Source: Collinsella sp. | GTDB taxonomy: Bacteria; Actinomycetota; Coriobacteriia; Coriobacteriales; Coriobacteriaceae | NCBI GenBank assembly: GCA_018368055.1 | Contig: JAGZFB010000001.1 | Location: 22,426-86,425 of the forward strand | Direction of reading: 5' to 3' | Length of the DNA: 64,000 bases | Part shown: positions 9,864 to 20,710 of the stretch, in pieces | How the letters are laid out: every line of letters starts with the position of its first letter | Position numbering within the stretch: position 1 is the first letter of the stretch | Position numbers and translations under genes: made by a program | The notes under the pieces: generated by a model | Told to the model about the DNA's origin: nothing | Databases searched by the model: none | What the model saw: only the letters and a program-made list of their open reading frames with translations

Positions 9864-11282
9864 CTATGAGTTGCGGACCAGCCTGGCGCAGAAGTGGCCG
9901 TCGTAGGAGTCGGCGTTTACCGGCACGCTTTGGAAGAGGCCTCGAGCGTTTTGACGCAGGGTGACGAGGCTCTTGGCATGATCGTATTCGGGGAGTTGCA
10001 AAATCTGGGCTTCGCTGAGCGGCGCCACGGCAAAGCCCTCACCCTCGGCAGAGGCCAAGAAAGCATCCACGACCTGTGTGTTCTCTTCGTCAAAGACCGA
10101 GCAGGTGGCATAGATGAGCTCACCGCCGGCAGCCACGCGCGCGGCGGCTTCCTTGAGCATCGTCAACTGCAACTTGGGCAGCTCAACCGTCACATCGTTT
10201 TCGGTCAGACGCCACGGAATCTCGGGATGACGGCGCATGGTTCCGGTGCCCGAGCACGGGGCATCGATAAAAACTGTATCGAACAGGGCAGGTTTGCCAA
10301 GCATGGCATCAAAGGACGTGAGCACCTCATTGAGCTCGCAGGCATCGCCCGAGACCGTGCGAACACCCTGGATGCCTGCCTTGCGCAGACGCGCGAGATT
10401 CTGGTCGCACTTGCGCTCGTGCAAATCGAGCGCGGTATGCTGGCGCTCGTACCCAGCACGTTTGGCCTGGCACATCATCACATAGGTCTTGGTGCCGCGG
10501 CCGGCACCAATCTCCAAGCAACGCCCGGGACGCGTCGCCGCAGTGGCGATGAGCTGGGCGTTAAGGTCTGAGGCAACGGCAGCAGCGCGCTCAAACACGC
10601 CGGACGCAACCGTGACATGCGCATCGACCGGCGCATGGCAGCCCGGAAACACGGGTGCCACAAGCTGCGAAATGTACGGATCGGGTTTGGTTGCAAAGGC
10701 GTTCTCGTGCAAAGCCAGCGGCGCAGGCGCCAGATTGCCGGCAAAGTTGAGCGCGCCCTCGGGTGTGTCGAACGATGCCATAATGCGAGCACAAAGCCAG
10801 CGCGGCAGACCCATCAGGCGCGACAGGCGAACCAGACGACGTTCGGACTCATCGGCATCCGCTGCGGCGGCAAAATCCTCAACGTTGTCCGCGACCTTAT
10901 GCAGCACGGCATTGGCCAAACCAGCGGCTGACTTAGCACCGCTGCGCACGAGCTCAACGCCCTGACTCACCGCAACACGACCCGGCGTATGCAGATAGAG
11001 CATCTCAAAGGCCGAGATACGAAGCGCCATGCGCACACGAGGCGCGACCTTTTTGGGCTTATCGAGAAACTGGTCGAGCAGTTCGTCCAAAATGCCCTGA
11101 GTGGCTGCAACGCCAAGTGCCAAACGAGCCGCAAAAGCAGAATCGCGCTGGTCAATGGCCTTGGCCGAAGCACGAGACGAGAGCACGTCGCGTGCGTACA
11201 TACCGCGGCGATCGGCCTCCATCAGCACATCGAGCGCAAGCTTGCGCGCGGGAGACAGCTTACTCACGACAAAACACCCCAC
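9864..11282 (-). CDS. rsmB: 16S rRNA (cytosine967-C5)-methyltransferase
   Basis: N-terminal NusB-like domain plus SAM methyltransferase domain with the FIDAPCSGTGTMRRHPE motif. Confidence 0.88.
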   Translation of the reverse strand: MGCFVVSKLSPARKLALDVLMEADRRGMYARDVLSSRASAKAIDQRDSAFAARLALGVAATQGILDELLDQFLDKPKKVAPRVRMALRISAFEMLYLHTPGRVAVSQGVELVRSGAKSAAGLANAVLHKVADNVEDFAAAADADESERRLVRLSRLMGLPRWLCARIMASFDTPEGALNFAGNLAPAPLALHENAFATKPDPYISQLVAPVFPGCHAPVDAHVTVASGVFERAAAVASDLNAQLIATAATRPGRCLEIGAGRGTKTYVMMCQAKRAGYERQHTALDLHERKCDQNLARLRKAGIQGVRTVSGDACELNEVLTSFDAMLGKPALFDTVFIDAPCSGTGTMRRHPEIPWRLTENDVTVELPKLQLTMLKEAAARVAAGGELIYATCSVFDEENTQVVDAFLASAEGEGFAVAPLSEAQILQLPEYDHAKSLVTLRQNARGLFQSVPVNADSYDGHFCARLVRNS

Positions 11283-12184
11283 GTAAGATCGACACCCTGC
11301 AGGCCGGCAGCCCAGGCAGAAGCAGCCATAGCGCGCTTGCCATCGGGCTTAACCTCGAGCAGTTCAACCGCGCCATCGGACAGGCCCAGGTAGACGCGCT
11401 TGCTCTTAACGGCAACGGCGCCCTCACCAAGCGACACGTCGGCAGGGGCAGCATCGAGCACACGCACGGTCTTGCCGGCAATCACGCAACGAGCGGGAGC
11501 GGTGTCGGACGAGGCAAGCACATGACGCACGCAATCAAGCGCCGCCATCTGAGGATCCAAACGCATCTCCTGCTTAGAAATCTTGGCAGCATGAGTGACG
11601 AGCGACTCATCCTGTTCAGTCCACACAGCGGTGCCATCGGCAAGAGAAGGAAGCGTATCGGCAAGCAGTTTGCCGCCAAGCTCACTAAGCTCCATCGTGA
11701 GCGCCTCGGCATGCTTACCGGCAACCGACGTAGACGCCTGGGCACAATAAGCGCCGGTATCAACGCCATGTCCAATACGCATAATAGAAACGCCAGCAAC
11801 CTCATCACCAGCGAGAATCGCACGCTGAATGGGAGCAGCCCCACGCCAACGAGGCAGCAAGGACGCATGAACATTCACAATACCAAGCGGCGCCATATGC
11901 AGCACGTCATCCGGCAAAATGCAACCATAGGCAGCCACGCAGAAAATGTCAGCCTGGGCAGCCTTAAACGCCTCAACGACCTCAGGCGTCATACGATTAG
12001 CCTCAACAACCGGCAACCCCAGCTCAAGCGCTTTAGCCTTAACAGGAGACGGCTCCAGCTTCTTACCACGCCCGCGAACAGCATCAGGACGAGTAACAAC
12101 AAGCGCAATCTCGTTACCAGCCTCAACAAGCGAAACCAGCGAAGGCACAGCAAAATCAGGCGTACCCATAAACACAATACGCAT
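11264..12184 (-). CDS. fmt: methionyl-tRNA formyltransferase
   Basis: MRIVFMGTPDFAVPSL N-terminus and formyltransferase core; conserved def-fmt-rsmB order. Confidence 0.92.
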   Translation of the reverse strand: MRIVFMGTPDFAVPSLVSLVEAGNEIALVVTRPDAVRGRGKKLEPSPVKAKALELGLPVVEANRMTPEVVEAFKAAQADIFCVAAYGCILPDDVLHMAPLGIVNVHASLLPRWRGAAPIQRAILAGDEVAGVSIMRIGHGVDTGAYCAQASTSVAGKHAEALTMELSELGGKLLADTLPSLADGTAVWTEQDESLVTHAAKISKQEMRLDPQMAALDCVRHVLASSDTAPARCVIAGKTVRVLDAAPADVSLGEGAVAVKSKRVYLGLSDGAVELLEVKPDGKRAMAASAWAAGLQGVDLTWGVLS

Positions 12185-12400
12185 AAAGAACGTCTCCCCT
12201 CAACCAAAGCCGAGACGGCTACAAATAGCGGCGGAAAGCCAAGTCACCAGCCCATCCGCAATAACATTTCAACAAAAACAAATATACCCAAAACCAAAGA
12301 AAGAGCCGCATAAAAGCAGCCCTCCCAACAAAGCACCTATCAGCGAAGACGCCCCTCCCTGGCCCGACGGCACCCGGGCGAAACGAAGAGCGACAACGTA

Positions 12401-12502
12401 GTCCCTGGGATGGGGCCCACACATATCGTCCCGCGCGCAGTTTCGCAGCGCAGCGAGAATGTTTGAGCACGGGATGATATGTGTGGGCCCCATCCCAGGG
12501 AC
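12401..12502. repeat. 33-bp near-perfect inverted repeat (1 mismatch) with 36-nt loop, between def stop and fmt start
   Basis: Left arm gtccctgggatggggcccacacatatcgtcccg (12401-12433); right arm cgggatgatatgtgtgggccccatcccagggac (12470-12502). Confidence 0.8.
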
Positions 12503-12513
12503 GGACAATTAAC

Positions 12514-13056
12514 CTATTCGGTCTCGCCCGGTCGAGCGCCGCGGGCCAGGGCGTCCTGGTACTCCTTGACTGCCTTGAGCCTCTGCATGGGCTTCAGTCG
12601 CTCGAACATGGTATTGCCGTGCAGGTGATCGATCTCGTGCTGCAAGCACACGCAGAACAGATCACCCGTGGCCTCATAGCGAATAAGGTTGGCATCCAAG
12701 TCATACGCCTCGACGACGACATGGTCGGGACGCTCAATCTCGCAGCTAATGCCAGGGATGGAAAGGCAGCCCTCGCTAAAGGGCACCAGATGGTCACTCT
12801 GCTCAACAATGACGGGATTAATAAGCACGTACGGATCATAGTCATTCTTGTCGCTGTAGTCGCAGTCGATGGTGACGAGCTGAATAAGCTCGCCAATCTG
12901 CGGGGCAGCCAGGCCGCAGCCGCCGTTCTCGAACATCATCTTCTTCATCTTCTCGGCAAGCGCCTCGATCGCCGGGGTGATCTCCTCGATGACGGCGCAC
13001 TCCTGGCGCAGACGAGGGTCGGGCGACAGTACGATTCCGTTGGCTTCCATGGCCAT
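12514..13056 (-). CDS. def: peptide deformylase
   Basis: GCLSIPG, EGCLS and QHEIDHL metal-binding motifs are present. Confidence 0.93.
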   Translation of the reverse strand: MAMEANGIVLSPDPRLRQECAVIEEITPAIEALAEKMKKMMFENGGCGLAAPQIGELIQLVTIDCDYSDKNDYDPYVLINPVIVEQSDHLVPFSEGCLSIPGISCEIERPDHVVVEAYDLDANLIRYEATGDLFCVCLQHEIDHLHGNTMFERLKPMQRLKAVKEYQDALARGARPGETE

Positions 13057-13068
13057 CCTTTCGGGTTG

Positions 13069-15522
13069 TTACATCAAATCATAGGCGTCGACGTCAACGC
13101 TCACGCTCACGCCACGCACGGAGCCCACCTCTTTGAGGCAGGCGTCGATATCGTCAGAGACATGGTACCCCACGGGCGACTTCACAAGCAGATGGAAGCG
13201 GTAACGGTCCTTGGCTCTCTCGATTACACACGAAGCCGGGCCAAGCACCTGCGGCACGGCACTCCCCGCCCGCAAAAAGTCGGGCGCGGCGGCATGCCAG
13301 CGGCGCTTAAGAAGCTTTGCAATGCGCCCGATGTAGTCTTGCGCGTCGTCTCGGTTCGCCGACCACACCAAGATGTTGACCAGGCGAACAAACGGCGGGT
13401 ATAGCGCGTCGCGGCGCTGTTCCAGGTCGTAGTCGGTAAAGATCGAACGGTCATGCTCAGCGACGGCGCGAATGACCGGATCCTCGGGCAGGTAGGTCTG
13501 GATGATCACCTCGCCGGGGCGATCGCCGCGACCGGCACGGCCCGCCACCTGTTCCAGCAGGTCGTAGGCGCGCTCCCCTGCGCGAAAGTCGGGCAGCTTG
13601 AGGGCGAAGTCGGCATTGACCACGCCCACGAGCGTGACCTCAGGAAAGTCGAGACCCTTTGCGATCATTTGGGTGCCCAGCAACACGGCGCAATCGGCCG
13701 CATCGAACTGCTCGAGCAGCTTTTTGTGCGCATCCTTGCCGCGCGTGGAATCGGCATCCATGCGAATAATGGCGACGTCCTCGGGAAGCATCTGGTGCAG
13801 TGCGTCCTCGATCTGCTGAGTGCCCAGACCCATTTTTGCCAGATAGCGGCTACCGCATTTGGGACAGTGGCTCGTGGGCGCGGGATACGGCTGCACGCGC
13901 CAAGACGAACCGCATGTGTGACACTGCAGCGTGTGCGTGCGTTCGTGGTACGTGAGCGCGGTGGAACAGTGGTTGCAGGTGGGCACGCAGCCGCACTCGC
14001 GGCACATCAGGAACGGCGCAAAGCCACGGCGGTTATGCAGCAGTACGGCCTTCTCGCGTCGCTCGACCACACGCTCCAAGCCCTCCATCAAGGGTTTTGA
14101 GAACATGGAGCGGCTGCCGTGAGAAAACTCATGGCGCAGGTCGGCAATCCGAACCGTAGGCAGCACGGCGTGTCCCGGGCGCTCGGGCATCTCGACGCGC
14201 GTCCAGGTGCCACCGTTATACGTGCCACGGCGGCAGCGGTCGAGGGCCTCGGCAGAAGGCGTGGCGGAACCCAATACGAGCGGACAGCGGTAGCGTCGCG
14301 CTATCTCGGCCGCCACCTCGCGCGCATGGTAGCGCGGGCTAGAACCCTGCTTGTAACTGGTCTCGTGTTCCTCGTCGATGATGATGAGGCCCAGGTCGCT
14401 GAGCGGGCAAAAGAGCGCCGAGCGGGCACCCACGACCACACGCGCGGCACCGCTGGCAACCATGTCCCACTGGTCCAGGCGCTCGCCGGCCGAAAGGCGC
14501 GAATGGAACACGGCGACCGTCTCGCCAAAGCGCGAGCGGAAGCGGCCGACGGTTTGGGCCGTCAGCGAGATCTCGGGAACCAACACGCAGGCCGAACGGC
14601 CGGCCGCGAGCACGCGCTCAATCGCCGAAAGGTAAACCTCGGTTTTGCCGGAGCCGGTGACGCCGTCGACAAGGACCACGTCTCCGTGGGCGTCAAGACG
14701 GGCGCGCTCAATCTGCGCGAGCGCCTTCTGTTGGCCCTTGGTGAGCGCGACCGGCGCCTTGCCGCTTGCCGAGGACAGCGTGGTCTGCTCGCTGCAGCCA
14801 CGCCACGCACGGCGCTCCTCCACCACCACGACACCGCGCTTTTCGAGCGCCTTGATGGTCGCCGACATGCTGTTATAGAGCAGGTTGAGGTCGCGCGTCG
14901 TGACCGGCCCGCACTGGAGCGCCTCGATGAGCTGACGCTGACGGACCGCGGTCTTGGGCGGCGTATAGTCGAAACCCTCGGGCGTAAGCATGACCCAGCG
15001 GTTTTGAATAGGTTTGACGGCGGGACGCTCAACCGACCATGCACCGTCATCGCCCTTGACCACGCGCGGGCTTCCGCCCGGGGGCAAGAACAGGCGCAGG
15101 CACTCGGAAAGCGTCGCGACGTACTCGCGGCTCATCCAGCGCGCGATGCGGGCGGCCTCGGCGGTAAAGAGCGGTTTGCTGAGGATAGCCTCGATGGCTT
15201 TAATGCGCACGGGGTCGAGGGCGTTGTTACCCTGCAGATCGCCCAGCTCAGGCGCAATGTCGACGATATAGCCCGCGGCCGAACGGTTACCAAAGTGGAC
15301 CAGGACCGTGGATCCGATCTGCACCTCATTGGCAAGGGGTTGAGGAATGCCATAGGCAAACGGCTCGGACAGCGCACGCGTCGGGATGTCGAGGACCACG
15401 CTCGCATAGGCAGCGATGGGCTCAGGTGCAGGCTCGGGCTTGGCTGGGGCAGCAGCGGATGCCGATGCCACCGTAGTCTCCTCCGGTTCCGGCGAACCAA
15501 ACAGCGAAAGTTGCTCGGCCAT
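13069..15522 (-). CDS. priA: primosomal protein N' (replication restart helicase)
   Basis: 817 aa. DEEHE Walker B and helicase motifs, plus a Cys-rich zinc-binding insert (CxxC x4). Confidence 0.9.
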   Translation of the reverse strand: MAEQLSLFGSPEPEETTVASASAAAPAKPEPAPEPIAAYASVVLDIPTRALSEPFAYGIPQPLANEVQIGSTVLVHFGNRSAAGYIVDIAPELGDLQGNNALDPVRIKAIEAILSKPLFTAEAARIARWMSREYVATLSECLRLFLPPGGSPRVVKGDDGAWSVERPAVKPIQNRWVMLTPEGFDYTPPKTAVRQRQLIEALQCGPVTTRDLNLLYNSMSATIKALEKRGVVVVEERRAWRGCSEQTTLSSASGKAPVALTKGQQKALAQIERARLDAHGDVVLVDGVTGSGKTEVYLSAIERVLAAGRSACVLVPEISLTAQTVGRFRSRFGETVAVFHSRLSAGERLDQWDMVASGAARVVVGARSALFCPLSDLGLIIIDEEHETSYKQGSSPRYHAREVAAEIARRYRCPLVLGSATPSAEALDRCRRGTYNGGTWTRVEMPERPGHAVLPTVRIADLRHEFSHGSRSMFSKPLMEGLERVVERREKAVLLHNRRGFAPFLMCRECGCVPTCNHCSTALTYHERTHTLQCHTCGSSWRVQPYPAPTSHCPKCGSRYLAKMGLGTQQIEDALHQMLPEDVAIIRMDADSTRGKDAHKKLLEQFDAADCAVLLGTQMIAKGLDFPEVTLVGVVNADFALKLPDFRAGERAYDLLEQVAGRAGRGDRPGEVIIQTYLPEDPVIRAVAEHDRSIFTDYDLEQRRDALYPPFVRLVNILVWSANRDDAQDYIGRIAKLLKRRWHAAAPDFLRAGSAVPQVLGPASCVIERAKDRYRFHLLVKSPVGYHVSDDIDACLKEVGSVRGVSVSVDVDAYDLM

Positions 15523-15610
15523 GACCCCAGCACCTCCTATCCCATACGTCTACAGAAACAAGAGCCCCGCTCGGGTGAACGGGGCTCGGATACAAACGTT
15601 TGCGCAGCGA

Positions 15611-17086
15611 TTACAGTGCCATCGTGCGGGCGCGGTCGATGCGCGCCAGGCAGTCGTCGCGACCGACGAGCGCCATGGTCTCGCCCAGCGGGGGGCTCAC
15701 CATGTTGCCGCAGACGGCGACGCGCACGGCCTGGAACACCACGCGCTTCTTAAGGTCCATCTGCTCGGGAAGCGGCTCAAGCGCGGCGTCGATGTTGGCA
15801 GCCGTCCACTCGTCCACGCCCTCGAGCGCGGCCTTGGCGGCGTCCAGAATGGCACCCATGCCCTCCTTGGCCAGGCCCTTGTTGACGGATTTCTCGTCAT
15901 ACTCGAGCGTCTCGGCCGTAGCGAAGATGGGAGCGGCGACGGTCACGGCGTCGGCCGGCATCTTGGTGCGCGGCTTGACGATGGCGGCAAGCGCGTCGAT
16001 CCAGTCCTCGCCGTACTCGACATTACCCTCGATGAGACCCGCCTCGTGCAGCTCGGGGACCATGATCTCGTCGGCAAACTGAGCATCGGACATGCCGTTG
16101 ATGTACTCGGCGTTGACCCAGTCGAGCTTCTTGGGGTCAAAGGTCGCAGGATTCTTGGAGATGCGGTCAAGCGAGAACTTGCTGGCCAGGACATCGCGCG
16201 GGATGATCGTGGTCTCGCCGTCGAGCGACCAGCCGAGCAGCGCCAGGTAGTTGACGAAGGCGTCGGACAGGTAGCCGGCGTCGCGGTACTCCTCCACCGA
16301 GGTGGCGCCGTGGCGCTTGGAGAGCTTCTTGCCGTCGGCACCCAAGATCATGGAGATGTGGGCGAACGTAGGCACGGGCGCGCCGAGGGCCTCGTAGACC
16401 ATGACCTGACGCGGGGTGTTGGACAGGTGGTCGTCGCCGCGGATGACATGGGTAATCTTCATCATGGCGTCGTCGACGACGGTCGCGAAGTTGTACGTGG
16501 GCGTGCCATCGGAGCGGAAGATGACAAAGTCGTCGAGCTCCTTGGCGTCGAAGGTCACCTCGCCGTGGACAGCGTCGTGGATGACGACGTCGCCGCGGTC
16601 CTCGGGCACCTTGATACGCAGGACGTAGGACTCGCCGGCCTCGATGCGGCGGCGGGCCTCCTCGGGATCAAGATCGCGGCAACGGCGCTGATAGCCCTGG
16701 AAGGGGTCCTTGCGCTCCTGCGCGGCCTTGCGGTCGGCGTCGAGCTGCTCCTTGGTGCAGAAGCAGGGATAGGCCTTGCCCTCGTCCCAAAGCTTCTGGG
16801 CGGCCTGCTTGTACAGGTCCAGGCGCTCGGTCTGGGCGTAGGGGCCAAAGTCGCCGCCCACCTCGGGACCCTCGTCCCAGTCCAGGCCCAGCCAACGCAT
16901 GGCGCGCAGGATGATCTGCGTGTTCTCGTCGGTGGAGCGGGTGGGGTCGGTGTCGTCGATGCGCAGGATGAACGTGCCGCCGTTTGCGCGGGCGAAAGCC
17001 CAGTTATAGATAGCGGTGCGGGCGCCGCCGATGTGCAGCTTGCCCGTCGGTGAGGGTGCAAAGCGGACGCGAACGTCTGATGCCAT
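15611..17086 (-). CDS. gltX: glutamate--tRNA ligase
   Basis: RFAPSPTGKLHIGGARTA (HIGH motif) and KLSKR (KMSKS-type) are present. Start chosen at MASDVRV. Confidence 0.9.
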   Translation of the reverse strand: MASDVRVRFAPSPTGKLHIGGARTAIYNWAFARANGGTFILRIDDTDPTRSTDENTQIILRAMRWLGLDWDEGPEVGGDFGPYAQTERLDLYKQAAQKLWDEGKAYPCFCTKEQLDADRKAAQERKDPFQGYQRRCRDLDPEEARRRIEAGESYVLRIKVPEDRGDVVIHDAVHGEVTFDAKELDDFVIFRSDGTPTYNFATVVDDAMMKITHVIRGDDHLSNTPRQVMVYEALGAPVPTFAHISMILGADGKKLSKRHGATSVEEYRDAGYLSDAFVNYLALLGWSLDGETTIIPRDVLASKFSLDRISKNPATFDPKKLDWVNAEYINGMSDAQFADEIMVPELHEAGLIEGNVEYGEDWIDALAAIVKPRTKMPADAVTVAAPIFATAETLEYDEKSVNKGLAKEGMGAILDAAKAALEGVDEWTAANIDAALEPLPEQMDLKKRVVFQAVRVAVCGNMVSPPLGETMALVGRDDCLARIDRARTMAL

Positions 17087-17167
17087 GGAAATCTCCTCGA
17101 TTGCAGGATGGATGTCTAACCGCATCAGTATAAAGCATCAAAGCAACCTCCGCACAAAGGGCACCGA

Positions 17168-17263
17168 CCTACTCATTGGGGACAGACTTAAATGACCAGC
17201 CTTACCTGAGTGCCGACAGGTTGCCCAAAGACTGGTCATTTAAGTCTGTCCCCAATGAGTAGG
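17168..17263. repeat. 32-bp perfect inverted repeat with 32-nt loop in the gltX/metK divergent intergenic region
   Basis: cctactcattggggacagacttaaatgaccag (17168-17199) and its exact reverse complement (17232-17263). Locally AT-richer than surroundings. Confidence 0.85.
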
Positions 17264-17369
17264 TGCGGAAAGGGTGTGAATGTTTGATTTACGCGCTATG
17301 ATGTGCCCTTGCATAGAGAGCCCGGCGGAATGGTAACGGTCGCTGGGACACGTTTTTGAAAGGACAATC

Positions 17370-18650
<1,281 letters not shown>

Positions 18651-18687
18651 GCTAACTCGAAAAGCTACAGCCAAAAACAACGAACCA

Positions 18688-18727
18688 AAAGAAGTACCGG
18701 CCCCAACCGGTACTTCTTTTTTATTTA
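18688..18727 (+). terminator. rho-independent terminator of metK
   Basis: gaagtaccgg-cccca-accggtacttc followed by ttttttattt. Confidence 0.8.
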
Positions 18728-18819
18728 AACGGTGGTGAAGATGCTTCGATATGAGCCTACGCTGCGTCACCAGCTAATGAATTTTGCAGCACACGCGCCT
18801 CTACCATGTATCCTTAGTT

Positions 18820-18934
18820 CCGAGGGCTTTGGTATTTGGTCGATCGCGAGTTCCGCACGAGCCGGAGGCCACTTAATGTGGCCTCCGTGCGAGCAGGACT
18901 GTCCGAGCAGGCGACCAAATACCAAAGCCCTCGG
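18820..18934 (+). ncRNA. structured palindromic element, copy A: 23-bp perfect outer inverted repeat enclosing an approx. 70-nt conserved asymmetric core with central hairpin. It sits in the sdaA 5' region. This is a candidate ncRNA/cis element of unknown function
   Basis: Outer arms ccgagggctttggtatttggtcg / cgaccaaataccaaagccctcgg. Core atcgcgagttccgcacgagcc-[ggaggccac ttaat gtggcctcc]-gtgcgagcaggactgt. The core recurs at 56532-56603 on the other strand with compensatory changes. Confidence 0.55.
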
Positions 18935-18962
18935 GACGACGGGACAGATTAAAGGAGCAGTC

Positions 18963-20570
18963 ATGGCAGGCAAGCCGCAAACACTAGCTACGACCTCGGC
19001 ATTCGAGATCTTGGGCCCCGTCATGGTCGGCCCCAGCTCGTCGCACACCGCCGGCGCCCTGCGCTGCGCCCAAGTTGCCGCCAGCCTGCTGGAAGGCCGC
19101 ATCACCAAAGTCACCTTTGGCCTGTGGAACTCCTTCGCCCACACTTACCGCGGCCACGGCACCGACCGCGCGCTCGTCGCGGGCATACTGGGCCTCGACA
19201 CCGATGACGAAAACATCAAGCAGGCCTTCGACCTTGCAAGCGAGCAGGGCCTCGAATATCACTTTGACATCAAGGGCGACGACGCCTCCATCCACCCCAA
19301 CACCGTCGACATCGACATGGTCGACGACACGGGCGCCACGGCACAGGTCCGCGGCGAGAGCCTGGGCGGCGGCAAGATGCGCATCAGCCGCATTAACGGC
19401 GTCGGCGTCGACATCTCGGGCATGTATTCCACGCTCTTCGTGGCGCACAAGGACGTTCCCGGCGTACTCGCCGCGCTCACGAACCTGCTCGCCTACGCCC
19501 ATGTAAACATCGCTTTCTGCCGCACCTACCGCACCGAAGTGGGCGGCCAGGCCTACTCCGTCTTTGAGACCGACGGCGCGCCCGACGACACCGTCGTCCC
19601 CATGCTGCGCAAGCTCGACAATGTCGATTACGCGACCTTTATCGAGCTCCCCGGTTCTGCCTCGTCGCTCTCCCCCGGCGTCTCGGCCAAGGAAATTTTC
19701 GACGACGGCGAGCAGCTGCTCGATGCGTGCGAGGAACTGGGGCTCAGCATCGGCGCCGTCATGGCCGTTCGCGAGGCGCGTCTGACCGGCGAGGCCCACG
19801 CCGTCGCCGCCATGCGCCGCGTGCTCGACGTCATGCGCGAGGAGACCACGGCCCCCCTCGCCAATCCGCAGCGCTCGCTCGGTGGGCTAATCGGCGGCGA
19901 GGCCAAGCTCGTCGAAGCCACCGGCCGCAACGATTTGAGTGCAAGCCTGATGGGCCCCGTTCAGACCGATGCCGTGGCTCGCGCCATGGCCGTGCTCGAA
20001 CGCTCCGCCACGATGGGCGTGATCGTCGCCGCCCCCACGGCCGGCTCCGCGGGTGTTGTGCCCGGCTGCGTGCTTGCGCTTGCCAATCACCTGCAGCTCG
20101 ATGACGAGCAGATAATGGACGCGCTCTACTGCGCAGCCGCCATCGGCCTCAACCTCACCACGAGTGCCTGCGTCGCCGGCGCCGAGGGCGGATGCCAGGC
20201 CGAGGTGGGAAGCGCCGCCGCCATGGCAGCCGCCGCGCTGGTGCAGATGCTCGGCGGCACGCCCGAACAGGCGCTCGACGCCAGCTCCATCGCGCTGAGT
20301 AACCTGCTGGGCCTCGTTTGTGACCCCGTCGGTGGCCTCGTGGAGGTGCCCTGCCAAAACCGCAACGCCATCGGCGTGGCAGCGGCCTTTAGCTCGGCAC
20401 AACTCGCCCTCGCAGGCATTAAGAGCCTGGTGCCGTTTGACCAGATGGCACATGTCATGCTCTCGGTGGGTCACGCGTTGCCGGCCACACTGCGAGAGAC
20501 GGCAAAGGGCGGCATCGCGCAGGCTCCGGCCGCACTTTCGGCCTGTGCAAAATGCGGTGTGTGCGGATAG
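18963..20570 (+). CDS. sdaA: L-serine dehydratase, iron-sulfur dependent, single chain (beta + alpha domains)
   Basis: N-terminal beta domain (ACT-like) and C-terminal alpha domain with Cys residues. AGGAG RBS precedes MAGKPQ. The longer predicted ORF from 18732 would read through the palindromic element and is unlikely. Confidence 0.82.
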   Translation: MAGKPQTLATTSAFEILGPVMVGPSSSHTAGALRCAQVAASLLEGRITKVTFGLWNSFAHTYRGHGTDRALVAGILGLDTDDENIKQAFDLASEQGLEYHFDIKGDDASIHPNTVDIDMVDDTGATAQVRGESLGGGKMRISRINGVGVDISGMYSTLFVAHKDVPGVLAALTNLLAYAHVNIAFCRTYRTEVGGQAYSVFETDGAPDDTVVPMLRKLDNVDYATFIELPGSASSLSPGVSAKEIFDDGEQLLDACEELGLSIGAVMAVREARLTGEAHAVAAMRRVLDVMREETTAPLANPQRSLGGLIGGEAKLVEATGRNDLSASLMGPVQTDAVARAMAVLERSATMGVIVAAPTAGSAGVVPGCVLALANHLQLDDEQIMDALYCAAAIGLNLTTSACVAGAEGGCQAEVGSAAAMAAAALVQMLGGTPEQALDASSIALSNLLGLVCDPVGGLVEVPCQNRNAIGVAAAFSSAQLALAGIKSLVPFDQMAHVMLSVGHALPATLRETAKGGIAQAPAALSACAKCGVCG

Positions 20571-20585
20571 CGACAAAGAACGACT

Positions 20586-20620
20586 CAAAGGTGGGACAAA
20601 TGTCCCACCTCTTTTGAATG
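20586..20620 (+). terminator. rho-independent terminator after sdaA
   Basis: ggtgggaca-aat-gtcccacc + tcttttg. Confidence 0.75.
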
Positions 20621-20710
20621 CCACCGTTTCCGTACCACAAACAGCAGGGCAATCGCTATAATGCAAGCCCAGTAAAAACACGATAAACCGCAAGGCGAAA
20701 ATCGAAGGAT

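Noticed and set aside
12219-12508. Small minus-strand ORFs (83 and 79 aa) between def and fmt
   Set aside because: They overlap the palindromic spacer and show no RBS or conserved motif. The region is better explained as non-coding.
17273-17369. Possible SAM riboswitch upstream of metK
   Set aside because: No SAM-I/SAM-IV consensus (no kink-turn/ANGGGAG-like core) could be recognised. Only the upstream 32-bp palindrome stands out.
18732-18962. Extended N-terminus for the serine dehydratase ORF starting at 18732
   Set aside because: It would translate through the palindromic element. A good AGGAG RBS precedes the internal MAGKPQ start at 18963, and the upstream part has no similarity to SdaA proteins.
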